Shown piece by piece: positions 8,050-19,635 of a stretch of DNA of 56,535 nucleotides (position 1 is the stretch's first letter; every line of letters begins with the position of its first letter). The position numbers and the translations under genes are program-made. This DNA is from an uncultured Endomicrobiia bacterium. GTDB lineage: Bacteria; Elusimicrobiota; Endomicrobiia; DTEH01. The stretch spans positions 1 to 56,535 of the forward strand of contig CALJEJ010000067.1 of the NCBI GenBank assembly GCA_938074745.1, read 5' to 3'. The notes beneath the pieces were generated by a model. That model was not told where the DNA came from. It saw only the letters and a program-made list of their open reading frames with translations, and did not search any database.

Positions 8050-9549
8050 ATGAATTTTTTTAGTTTAACTGTAAAAGAATTACAAAAAATTATCCAAGAA
8101 GGACAAATTTCAAATAGAGAAATTGTATTAAATTTTATTTCTCGTATAAAAGAAGTTGATAAATATTTAAACGCGTTTATCACTGTGTTTGATGAAGAAC
8201 AAATTTTAAGACAAGTTTCAAACCAAGAATCTAAAAAATTATCTTCTGCTGCGATGTTTCTAATACCGATTGCTATTAAAGATAACATATGTATGAAAAA
8301 CATTAGGACAACTTGTGGTTCAAAAATTTTAGAAAATTATTACCCACCGTATAACGCAACTGTTATAGAATTGTTAGAATCTGCTGGAGCAATTTTTGTT
8401 GGTAAAACTAATATGGACGAGTTTGCAATGGGTTCGTCTACGGAAACTTCGTATTTTGGTCCTACAAAAAATCCGTATGACTTAACACGGATTCCGGGCG
8501 GTTCTTCTGGCGGTTCTGCAGTAGCAGTTGCTTCAGGCGAATGTCCTGTTGCGTTAGGTTCGGATACTGGCGGGTCAATACGACAACCTGCAGCGTTATG
8601 CGGTGTAGTAGGTGTTAAACCCACTTATGGTCGGGTGTCACGGTATGGACTTGTGGCGTTTGCTTCTTCTTTAGACCAGATAGGCGTTTTTGCACGAACA
8701 GTATACGACGCTGCAACAGTATTAGAAATTATCTGCAGATATGATCCGAGAGATTCTACTTCAGTAAATATTCCACCTGAAAAATATACAGTTGAGCTTG
8801 ACAAATGTGATGATACTGATGTTAAAGGATTGAAGATAGGTTTACCTAAAGAATATTTTATTTCAGGGATACAAGAAGAAGTTAAAACAGAAATATTAAA
8901 TTCAGTAAAACTTTTAGAAACCTATGGTGCTAAAGTTGAAGAAATATCGTTACCTCATACAGAATATGCTGTAGCAACATATTACATCCTTGCACCAGCG
9001 GAAGCATCTTCTAACCTTGCACGGTATGACGGTGTAAAATATGGGTTTAAGTATAAAGACAAAAATTATGATTCGGAAGATTCTGAATATTCTACTTTAG
9101 TGAATATGTATAGATATACGCGAGAGATAGGGTTTGGTGCTGAAGTTAAACGACGAATTATGCTAGGGACATATTCGTTATCTTCAGGATATTATGAAGC
9201 ATATTATGCGAAAGCACAGAATGTTCGTTATCTTATTACCCAAGATTTTATAAATGCATTTAGTAAAGTTGATCTAATAATTTCACCTACTACACCTACT
9301 ACAGCGTTTAAGTTGGGCGAGAAAATTAACAATCCGTTACAAATGTATCTTTCGGATATTTTTACAATACCGTGTAATCTTGCGGGACTGCCGGGGATCT
9401 CTATACCTTGTGGGTATGACAAAAATGGTTTACCAATAGGATTACAAATTCTTGCACCACATTTTGAAGAAACTAAAATGTTAAAATTAGCACATTTTTT
9501 TGAACAAGTAAGGAAAATTCGTAAAGTGAAAAATCAATTTTTAGTATGA
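8050..9549 (+). CDS. gatA: Asp/Glu-tRNA amidotransferase subunit A
   Basis: IAIKDN, GKTNMDEFAMGSSTE, PGGSSGGSA, GSDTGGSIRQPA, SNLARYDG, EVKRRIMLGT. Confidence 0.97.
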   Translation: MNFFSLTVKELQKIIQEGQISNREIVLNFISRIKEVDKYLNAFITVFDEEQILRQVSNQESKKLSSAAMFLIPIAIKDNICMKNIRTTCGSKILENYYPPYNATVIELLESAGAIFVGKTNMDEFAMGSSTETSYFGPTKNPYDLTRIPGGSSGGSAVAVASGECPVALGSDTGGSIRQPAALCGVVGVKPTYGRVSRYGLVAFASSLDQIGVFARTVYDAATVLEIICRYDPRDSTSVNIPPEKYTVELDKCDDTDVKGLKIGLPKEYFISGIQEEVKTEILNSVKLLETYGAKVEEISLPHTEYAVATYYILAPAEASSNLARYDGVKYGFKYKDKNYDSEDSEYSTLVNMYRYTREIGFGAEVKRRIMLGTYSLSSGYYEAYYAKAQNVRYLITQDFINAFSKVDLIISPTTPTTAFKLGEKINNPLQMYLSDIFTIPCNLAGLPGISIPCGYDKNGLPIGLQILAPHFEETKMLKLAHFFEQVRKIRKVKNQFLV

Positions 9550-10475
9550 AAAAAATGAAACTAAAATTTTCTTTAATTCACAGACGAGTTGTATTATCGT
9601 TTTTTCTTCTTATATTTTTTACTGTGATAGTTTTTTTAGCGTCAAAAATATATTCTTCTTTTGTTGAGAAGAAGGGAAGAAAAGAACAGTTCGGATTAAT
9701 AAAGGAATTGCTTATGAATTACATTTCACACAACAAAGATGAAAAAACTAAAATTGCAGTTTATATCAAAGACCTTGCAACTGAAGAAGTAGTAAAGATT
9801 AACGAAAATATAAAAATACCGGCTGCAAGTTTAGTTAAAATACCGCTTATGGCAGCAGTGTATTATTTAGCAGAAAAAAACGAACTTTCGTTAGACGAAC
9901 TGCTTACATATAAAAAACATCACCATAGTGGGGGTTCCGGGAAAATAAAACATTTACGCTACGGGACAAAGTTTACTTTAAGAGAACTTGTGAAATTAAT
10001 GATAACTTGTTCGGATAATATAGCTACTAATATGATTACAGAACGTATAGGTTTACACCGTATAAATTCAATATTTAAAAACCAGTTAGGTCTGAAATTT
10101 ACAAATATGGACAGGTATGTTATGGATTTAAGACTAAGAGATAAAGGTGTTGAAAATTATACTACTGCAGAAGAAATTGCTTTGTTGTTAGAAAAAATTT
10201 ATCGTGGAGAATTAATTTCTAAAAAAGCAAGTACGGAGATGCTGAACATTTTGATGAACCAGAATATTTCTGATAGAATACCAAAATATTTACCTCAGGA
10301 AACTGTTGTTGCACATAAAACAGGTCTTATGAAAAATATATGTCATGATGCTGGTATAGTGTTTACTAACAAAGGTGATTTTATTGTCGTGGTATTAACA
10401 GAACAAATGGACACAAAGTTGGCAAAAAATTTTATTGCTACAGTAGCGTATAAAACATATTGTGTATATCAATAA
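9546..10475 (+). CDS. Serine hydrolase, class A beta-lactamase-like fold (PBP-like), N-terminal membrane anchor
   Basis: SxxK (ASLVK), SDN, HKTG motifs. Confidence 0.85.
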   Translation: MKKMKLKFSLIHRRVVLSFFLLIFFTVIVFLASKIYSSFVEKKGRKEQFGLIKELLMNYISHNKDEKTKIAVYIKDLATEEVVKINENIKIPAASLVKIPLMAAVYYLAEKNELSLDELLTYKKHHHSGGSGKIKHLRYGTKFTLRELVKLMITCSDNIATNMITERIGLHRINSIFKNQLGLKFTNMDRYVMDLRLRDKGVENYTTAEEIALLLEKIYRGELISKKASTEMLNILMNQNISDRIPKYLPQETVVAHKTGLMKNICHDAGIVFTNKGDFIVVVLTEQMDTKLAKNFIATVAYKTYCVYQ

Positions 10476-10480
10476 TTTCT

Positions 10481-11260
10481 ATGAGTATTTTTGAATCGTC
10501 ATTATTAGGTTTACTACAAGCCTTGACAGAATTTTTGCCAGTGTCAAGTTCTGCACATTTGGTGTTTCTACAGACATTTTTTGGTTTGAAACAACCGATG
10601 TTATTGTTTGACGTATTGTTACATTTTTCAACTTTATGTGCTGTGGTGACAATTTTTTTTAAAGATATAATATTCTACTTGAAAACACCAAAGATAATAT
10701 GGTATATAATTTTAGTTTCAATACCTACCGGAATAATAGGAATTATAATAAAAAAATTTTTTGAGCCTGTGTTTGCTTCAGTGACAGTTTCGTCTATAGG
10801 GTTGATAATAACAGGAATATTGTTGTTAGTGTCAGAAAAAATTTATTTTAGTGTTCAAAAAGAAAAAAATAAAATTATAAACATCAACTGGGTTCAAAGT
10901 TTAATTATAGGTGTATTTCAAGGTATTTCAGTATTACCTGGAATTTCTCGTTCTGGTGCAACTTTAAGTAGCACAATGTTGTTAAATTTTAACAAAGAGG
11001 ATGCTGTAAAATTTGTGTTCATAATTTCAATTCCAGCAATTTTAGCTGCTACAGGGTTAGAATTGAAAGAAGTGATAGCTCTAAATGAAAAGTTTAATAT
11101 AAATTATCTTTACGGTATGGTTACAGCGTTTGTGTTTGGTGTATTTGCATTGAAAACTTTTGTTCGTGTGTTAAGAACTAATAAACTAAAATATTTTTCA
11201 TACTATTGTTTAATTGTGGGTTTTTTTGTATTATTAACAAAATATATAATTGGTAGATAA
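10481..11260 (+). CDS. uppP: Undecaprenyl-diphosphate phosphatase (ATG 10481 preferred)
   Basis: TEFLPVSSSAH, PGISRSGAT, multi-TM. Confidence 0.95.
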   Translation: MSIFESSLLGLLQALTEFLPVSSSAHLVFLQTFFGLKQPMLLFDVLLHFSTLCAVVTIFFKDIIFYLKTPKIIWYIILVSIPTGIIGIIIKKFFEPVFASVTVSSIGLIITGILLLVSEKIYFSVQKEKNKIININWVQSLIIGVFQGISVLPGISRSGATLSSTMLLNFNKEDAVKFVFIISIPAILAATGLELKEVIALNEKFNINYLYGMVTAFVFGVFALKTFVRVLRTNKLKYFSYYCLIVGFFVLLTKYIIGR

Positions 11261-11289
11261 TTTTTCAGATATAAAAACAGGGGGATGTT

Positions 11290-12297
11290 ATGGAAATAAA
11301 AAAATTTAAAAAATTTGTAGTACTTTTATTGATAATTTTAGTTTATTCAGCTAAAATTTTTTTGCAAGAAGTAGAACAACAAAAACCTGTTGACCCGTTC
11401 CAACAAGCAATAGAAAACATTTCTAACCCAGACCCTTATGTAAGACGACAAGCTGCAGAACAGTTAGGTACTTTAAGAGATCTTAGAGCAGTTCCATATT
11501 TAAAAAAATTGTTAAAAGATGACAACCCTTTTGTAAGACAAACAGCAGTTGATTCCTTAGGTCTTTTACGAGCAGAAGATGCACTGCCAGAGTTAAGTTA
11601 TATATTGTTAAACGATAAAGAACCGCAGGTGAGACAGTCAGTTGCTGTTGCTATGGGATATATAGGTAGTAAGCAAGCAGTGAAACCGTTAATTGAAGTT
11701 TTAAGTTCTACTACAACACCACCAGCAGTTCGGTATGCTGCGTGTTCTACGTTGGGTATTTTACGTTCTACTGAAGCTGTTACAGTGATGATATCTTTAC
11801 TATCTGAACCGGACATTAATCTGAAAAAGAGTATAGTTTTTGCTTTAGGTAAAATTCAGGTTCCGGAAGTTTCTGAAATTTTTCGTGATATGTTGGACAC
11901 AGAACAAGATGAAAATCTTATTATAGATATAATCAGAATATTAATAGAAACAACAGATAAAAAGAGCGTAGAGAAGTTAAAAAATTTGTATACCACTACA
12001 AAATCTGAGAAAATCAAGATTTATTCTGCAATAGGGTTAGCACAGATAAACAACGATGTCACTGTATTACCTACAATAAAACAAGGGTTAAAAAGTTCTG
12101 ACGAAACAATAAAAATTTTATCAATAAACGCTATTGGGAACGTGGGTGATGAAGAATCATTAAAAATGTTAAAATCAATGGAAAAAACAGAACAGTCACC
12201 ATATGTTAAAACATTGTTACAACTTGCGATTCAACGGCTTGAATCAAAATTACCTAAACCAACAACAAAAACTACTACACCTGAAAAGAAACCTTAA
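11290..12297 (+). CDS. Secreted/anchored HEAT-repeat (PBS-lyase-like) protein
   Basis: N-terminal hydrophobic segment; repeated DxxxxVRxxAxxxLG units. Confidence 0.85.
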   Translation: MEIKKFKKFVVLLLIILVYSAKIFLQEVEQQKPVDPFQQAIENISNPDPYVRRQAAEQLGTLRDLRAVPYLKKLLKDDNPFVRQTAVDSLGLLRAEDALPELSYILLNDKEPQVRQSVAVAMGYIGSKQAVKPLIEVLSSTTTPPAVRYAACSTLGILRSTEAVTVMISLLSEPDINLKKSIVFALGKIQVPEVSEIFRDMLDTEQDENLIIDIIRILIETTDKKSVEKLKNLYTTTKSEKIKIYSAIGLAQINNDVTVLPTIKQGLKSSDETIKILSINAIGNVGDEESLKMLKSMEKTEQSPYVKTLLQLAIQRLESKLPKPTTKTTTPEKKP

Positions 12298-12302
12298 GAA
12301 TT

Positions 12303-12989
12303 ATGTTTAGAATTATAGTTTTATTATCTTTATTAATATTGAACGTAGCTTGGCTTGGTTCTTCTTTAACAATGGTTGATTGTATTAACGTTCCAACTGC
12401 AGAATCGGTAGATTATGGTGTTGGTATGTTTTTTTCAAGATTGTATTCTCATGGTGGAATAATCTCAAGAATACTGTTTGCTCCGTTTAACAGATTAAAT
12501 TTTGGTGGTAGTATAGATGTTGAAAAATTGGTAGGTAAAGAAGAACCTGTTTTACGAGACCCACAGTTTTATTTCAAATGGCGAGTTTTTGACGGGACGA
12601 AATATTTTCCTGCAGTGGCTTTGGGTTATGATGGTCAAGAGTATAATTTTTCTAATTCTTTTTTTCCTGCGAAAAATATTTTTTTAGTATTTTCTAAAGA
12701 TTTTAAAGGGTTTGTTACAGATTTTGGAATAAATGTACTACGGTATGAAGCTAAAAATAGATTAGTGGGTTTTCTCGGAATAAGATGTATAATAAAAGAT
12801 GTGCTTACTATAATTGCAGAATGGGAAAATATTGGAAACACCAAATTACAACACATAAATTCAGGTTTAAGTTTTCTGTTAGGAGATAAGTTTTCACTAG
12901 ACTTAATTTTTATGGATCTGTATTCACAAGAAGAGAAGTATAACATTGACCGTCAAGTGAGACTCAATTATTGTTTTAAATTCCTTTAA
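12303..12989 (+). CDS. Hypothetical exported protein, possible YjbH-like outer-membrane beta-barrel
   Basis: Signal peptide, PTA motif near N-terminus, PAVALG, alternating aromatic/hydrophobic strands, ends YCFKFL. Confidence 0.5.
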   Translation: MFRIIVLLSLLILNVAWLGSSLTMVDCINVPTAESVDYGVGMFFSRLYSHGGIISRILFAPFNRLNFGGSIDVEKLVGKEEPVLRDPQFYFKWRVFDGTKYFPAVALGYDGQEYNFSNSFFPAKNIFLVFSKDFKGFVTDFGINVLRYEAKNRLVGFLGIRCIIKDVLTIIAEWENIGNTKLQHINSGLSFLLGDKFSLDLIFMDLYSQEEKYNIDRQVRLNYCFKFL

Positions 12990-13017
12990 ATCTGAGTAAA
13001 TCTGAGGCCTGAAGACT

Positions 13018-14001
13018 ATGGACAATACCGAATATTTTTTAGAATTTGAAACACCAATAAAAGAATTAAAACGCCAAATTAGCGAGTTAGAAAAATTGCC
13101 CGTAGTTGACGAAAAAGTTAAGAAACAAATTGTTGAATTGCAAAAAAAGTGTGAGAGTTTGTCCAAAGAAATTTATACAAAACTTACTCCTGCACAAAAA
13201 GTGTTAATTGCACGACATCCACAGCGACCATATTCGTTAGATTATATTACTGGTATATTTCAAAATTTTATAGAACTTCACGGAGATAGAAATTTCCGTG
13301 ATGATAAATCTGTAGTTTGCGGTTTTGCAGAACTTTCTTTAGATGAAAAAGAAAATATTTCTGTAGCAGTGATAGGTCAACAAAAGGGCCGTTCTTTGGA
13401 AGAAAATATTTACCGAAATTTTGGTATGATGCATCCTGAAGGATATAGGAAGGCATTGCGTATAATGAAACTTGCAGAAAAGTTTAATATGCCAATAATA
13501 ACATTTATTGACACACCGGGAGCATATCCTGGAATTGGTGCAGAAGAACGTGGTCAAGCAGAGGCTATAGCAAAAAATTTAGAACAAATGAGTAGTTTGA
13601 AAACACCAATAATATGTATTGTAATTGGTGAAGGAGGGTCAGGTGGCGCATTAGGTATAGGTGTAGGTGATAGGTTGTTAATGTTGGAAAATGCGTACTA
13701 TTCTGTAATTTCTCCTGAAGGGTGTGCATCTATACTTTTTCGTGATTCTACTAAATGGCAACAGGCTGCTGAAGCGTTAAAACTTACTGCACAGGATTTG
13801 TATGAATTAGGTGTGGTAGACGAAATTATTCCGGAACCGTTAGGTGGCGCACATAAGGATGTTCAACTGACAATAAAAAATGTTAAACAAAGTATACAGA
13901 AGAATGTTAAACAGTTGATGTCTATAGATATAGATACGTTAGTTAAAAAAAGATACAAAAAATATAGAAACTTAGGCAAATATAAAATTGTAAAAAAATA
14001 A
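13018..14001 (+). CDS. accA: Acetyl-CoA carboxylase carboxyltransferase alpha subunit
   Basis: ARHPQRPY, ELHGDR, PEGYRKA, DTPGAYPGIGAEERGQ, GEGGSGGAL. Confidence 0.98.
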   Translation: MDNTEYFLEFETPIKELKRQISELEKLPVVDEKVKKQIVELQKKCESLSKEIYTKLTPAQKVLIARHPQRPYSLDYITGIFQNFIELHGDRNFRDDKSVVCGFAELSLDEKENISVAVIGQQKGRSLEENIYRNFGMMHPEGYRKALRIMKLAEKFNMPIITFIDTPGAYPGIGAEERGQAEAIAKNLEQMSSLKTPIICIVIGEGGSGGALGIGVGDRLLMLENAYYSVISPEGCASILFRDSTKWQQAAEALKLTAQDLYELGVVDEIIPEPLGGAHKDVQLTIKNVKQSIQKNVKQLMSIDIDTLVKKRYKKYRNLGKYKIVKK

Positions 14002-14020
14002 TTTTTTGGGGAGGTTAAAA

Positions 14021-16481
<2,461 letters not shown>

Positions 16482-16517
16482 TTGCTCAAAATTTTAATAA
16501 GAAAAGAGGGTTAAACT

Positions 16518-17717
16518 ATGAAAAAAACAGTTAAAGATGTAGATTTAAAAAATAAAAAAATCCTTATGCGAGTGGATTATAATGTTCCAATAAATGAAAA
16601 AGGAGAAATTGAAGACGATACACGAATAAAAGAATCCTTACCTACAATAAAATATCTCTTAGAACAAAACTGTGCTATTATTTTAATGAGCCATTTAGGT
16701 AGGCCTAAAGGTAAACCTGAAGCTAAATATTCTCTTGCACCTGTAGCTAAACGTTTAGAACAACTTTTAAATAAACCTGTATTAATGGCGAAAGGTATTG
16801 TAGACAACGAAACAAAATCTATGGCTGAGAAATTGTCTTCAGGAGAAATAATGTTGTTAGAAAATATACGGTTTGACCCAAGAGAAGAAAAAGATGACCC
16901 TGAATTTGCTAAAGAACTTGTTTCTTTAGTAGGTCCTGATGGCGTGTTTGTGCAAGATGCGTTTGGTTCTGTTCATAGAGCACACACTTCTACTCATGCA
17001 GTTGCTAAACTTTTACCTTCAGTATGTGGGTTCCTTTTAGAGAAAGAAATTAAATATTTTGATAAAATACTCTATTCTCCAGAACGACCGTTTGTAGCGA
17101 TTCTTGGTGGAGCAAAGGTTTCTGACAAAATTGGTGTAATTGAAAACCTGATAAATAAAGTAGATGTAATAATCATTGGTGGTGCAATGGCTTATACTTT
17201 TCTTTCTTCAAAAGGTATTTCAACAGGAAACTCATTGGTAGAAAAAGACAAAATTGACCTCGCTAAAGAACTGTTAAAAAAAGCAGAAATGAAAAATGTA
17301 AGAATATTTCTTCCTATTGACCACATTATAGCAGATAAAATTGCAGATGATGCCCAAGTTAAACATTGTGATACACCGGATATTCCTGAGGGTTATATTG
17401 GTGTAGATGTTGGCCCTAATAGTATTTCAAGAGTAGCCAACATAATAACTTCTGCAAAAACTATAGTATGGAACGGTCCCATGGGAGTGTTTGAAATAGA
17501 AAAATTTCAACAAGGGACAAAAGATATTGCTTTACTTGTTGCTGAAGCAACAAAAAAAGGTGCAACAAGTGTAGTAGGTGGTGGCGATTCTGTGTCTGCA
17601 GTTAAGAAGTTTGCTGTAGAAGATAGTATATCTCATATTTCTACTGGCGGGGGGGCAAGTTTGGAACTTTTAGAAGGAAAGTCGTTGCCCGGAATTGAAG
17701 TTTTGCAAGATAAATAA
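16518..17717 (+). CDS. pgk: Phosphoglycerate kinase
   Basis: MRVDYNVP, SHLGRPKG, LLENIRF, GGAKVSDK, WNGPMGVFE, HISTGGGASLE. Confidence 0.99.
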   Translation: MKKTVKDVDLKNKKILMRVDYNVPINEKGEIEDDTRIKESLPTIKYLLEQNCAIILMSHLGRPKGKPEAKYSLAPVAKRLEQLLNKPVLMAKGIVDNETKSMAEKLSSGEIMLLENIRFDPREEKDDPEFAKELVSLVGPDGVFVQDAFGSVHRAHTSTHAVAKLLPSVCGFLLEKEIKYFDKILYSPERPFVAILGGAKVSDKIGVIENLINKVDVIIIGGAMAYTFLSSKGISTGNSLVEKDKIDLAKELLKKAEMKNVRIFLPIDHIIADKIADDAQVKHCDTPDIPEGYIGVDVGPNSISRVANIITSAKTIVWNGPMGVFEIEKFQQGTKDIALLVAEATKKGATSVVGGGDSVSAVKKFAVEDSISHISTGGGASLELLEGKSLPGIEVLQDK

Positions 17718-17732
17718 AGAGGAACAGTTTAT

Positions 17733-17990
17733 ATGTATACCTTAATTTATATTATTCATGTAATTGTTTGTATATTACTAATTGGAATAATATTATTACA
17801 GTTAGGACAAATGGGCGGTCTTGGTGGAATTTTTGGTGGGGGCGGAATTGACCAAGTGTTTTCTTCTTCTGCAGGTTCTATGTTTTTAAAAAAAGTTACT
17901 TTAATAATTGCAATAATCTTTGTCCTAACAACAATCGCATTGACAATTTTTTCTTCAAGAACTGGGTTAGAATCCATTGTCGTAAGATAA
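17733..17990 (+). CDS. secG: Preprotein translocase subunit SecG
   Basis: Two TM helices with LLQ..G.GGLGGIFGGGG linker; typical location after glycolytic genes. Confidence 0.9.
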   Translation: MYTLIYIIHVIVCILLIGIILLQLGQMGGLGGIFGGGGIDQVFSSSAGSMFLKKVTLIIAIIFVLTTIALTIFSSRTGLESIVVR

Positions 17991-18039
17991 AGACACAACA
18001 CATACAGACTATTCTAAACAAAATGTATTTTTTTAGTGA

Positions 18040-19635
18040 GTGAAAATATTTTATTCAATTTATAACCAACTCCTCTATAAAAATCGTATTTTCTATACTT
18101 TCTTACTTTGGATTGTAATTGTATCTTTATCTTCTGCGAGTAAAAATCAACAAGTAAAGTTATTTTATAAAATAACTGTTATTGTTAATACAGAAAAAAT
18201 AATAGAAGTTCCAATATATAAAATTCATAAACAACAATATATCTTACTACAAGATTTAGCCAAAATATTTTATGCTACATTAACATATTATTCATCCTCA
18301 GGTTATATTAGTTTTAACTATCGCGGAGAAAAGTTATATTTTTACTTAGGTCGTAATTATTTTATTCACAGGAATAAAAGAATATATTTGTCTTCTGAAA
18401 TAATGTTTGTTAAAAACAGAACTTACATTCCTTTATCAATTTTCTTTTTACCAGAGTTTTCTTCCATATTAAATGCAGAAATACAGTTAAAAAAAGAACA
18501 AGATATTTTAATTGTAAATTTTGTAGATAATATATGGTTAGATTATTATGTAACTATAGATTATGCAAAGATACATTTTAGTTTTAAACAGTATGTGCAT
18601 TATGAATATTTTTATGATGACCGTGCAATAAATATTACTTTTTTCGGTGGCAGAATTAGTCCCAAAGAATATAATATTTTATCAGGAATTGTCTCAAAAA
18701 TATCTCTGAAACCTCACAACGGTAATGTAACAGCGAGAATTCATCTAACAGATTTAAATGTTAAAATTTCAAAACAGGAATTTAAAGAAAAATTAGTTTT
18801 AGAAATTGAAAAAACAAAAGAGTTGGTATATGCAAAAAATGAAGGTCTAACTGAAGTTTACACTTCTTCTAGTTACTTGGCAACTTCCAATTATGAAAAT
18901 GTTGTAGTTTCGTCTAATACAAATTTACCACAAGAAAATGTTTTTATAAATAAAAAACAAATTATAGTAATAGATCCTGGTCATGGCGGTGAAGATCCGG
19001 GAGCAATAGGTCCTAATGGAACTAAAGAAAAAGATATCAATTTAGCCATTGCAAAATATCTTAGAGATATGTTAATAAATGATGGATATGAAGTTTATCT
19101 AACTCGCGAAGAAGATATTTTTATTCCGTTAGTAGAACGGACTAAGTTTGCTAATGATAAAAATGCTGATATATTTATCTCAATTCACTGCAATGCTGCT
19201 GAAAAACCTAGGGGTGATGTAAGAGGGTTTGAAATATATTTTTTGTCAGAGACAGCAACAGACCCTGACGCTGTTGCTACAGAGAAATTAGAAAACGAAG
19301 TCGTAAAGTTTGAGAAAAAAACGCCTGAATTAGAAAAGTTACAAAAATTGTTATGGTCAATGGTAGTAAATGAATTTATGAACGAATCATCAAAATTGTG
19401 TAGTTTAATTACGAAAGAGGTCATTGAACGAACTCAATTTGTTAACCGTGGGGTAAAACAAGCAGGATTTTATGTTCTTCGTGGAGCACAAATGCCTGCA
19501 GTACTCGTAGAATGTGGATTTATCTCACATCCTGTAGAAGAAATTAAACTCAATAAAAAAGAAATTCAAATTGCCATTGCTAACGGAATATATGCAGGAA
19601 TTAAAAATTATGTCTCTCAAAAACAAAATAAATAA
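18040..19635 (+). CDS. N-acetylmuramoyl-L-alanine amidase (Amidase_3, AmiC-like with N-terminal accessory domains)
   Basis: VIDPGHGGEDPGA, EKDINL, FISIHCNA, GFEIY, AVLVECGFIS. Confidence 0.93.
   Translation: MKIFYSIYNQLLYKNRIFYTFLLWIVIVSLSSASKNQQVKLFYKITVIVNTEKIIEVPIYKIHKQQYILLQDLAKIFYATLTYYSSSGYISFNYRGEKLYFYLGRNYFIHRNKRIYLSSEIMFVKNRTYIPLSIFFLPEFSSILNAEIQLKKEQDILIVNFVDNIWLDYYVTIDYAKIHFSFKQYVHYEYFYDDRAINITFFGGRISPKEYNILSGIVSKISLKPHNGNVTARIHLTDLNVKISKQEFKEKLVLEIEKTKELVYAKNEGLTEVYTSSSYLATSNYENVVVSSNTNLPQENVFINKKQIIVIDPGHGGEDPGAIGPNGTKEKDINLAIAKYLRDMLINDGYEVYLTREEDIFIPLVERTKFANDKNADIFISIHCNAAEKPRGDVRGFEIYFLSETATDPDAVATEKLENEVVKFEKKTPELEKLQKLLWSMVVNEFMNESSKLCSLITKEVIERTQFVNRGVKQAGFYVLRGAQMPAVLVECGFISHPVEEIKLNKKEIQIAIANGIYAGIKNYVSQKQNK

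Noticed and set aside
7926-8624. Minus-strand ORFs 7926-8303 and 8340-8624
   Set aside because: Antisense shadows of gatA with no independent homology signal; the same applies to the many other short overlapping ORFs in the track (opposite gap, pgk, recN, ftsZ and others).
9546-10475. Antibiotic-resistance beta-lactamase
   Set aside because: Apparent lack of the Glu166 equivalent, a membrane anchor and housekeeping context.
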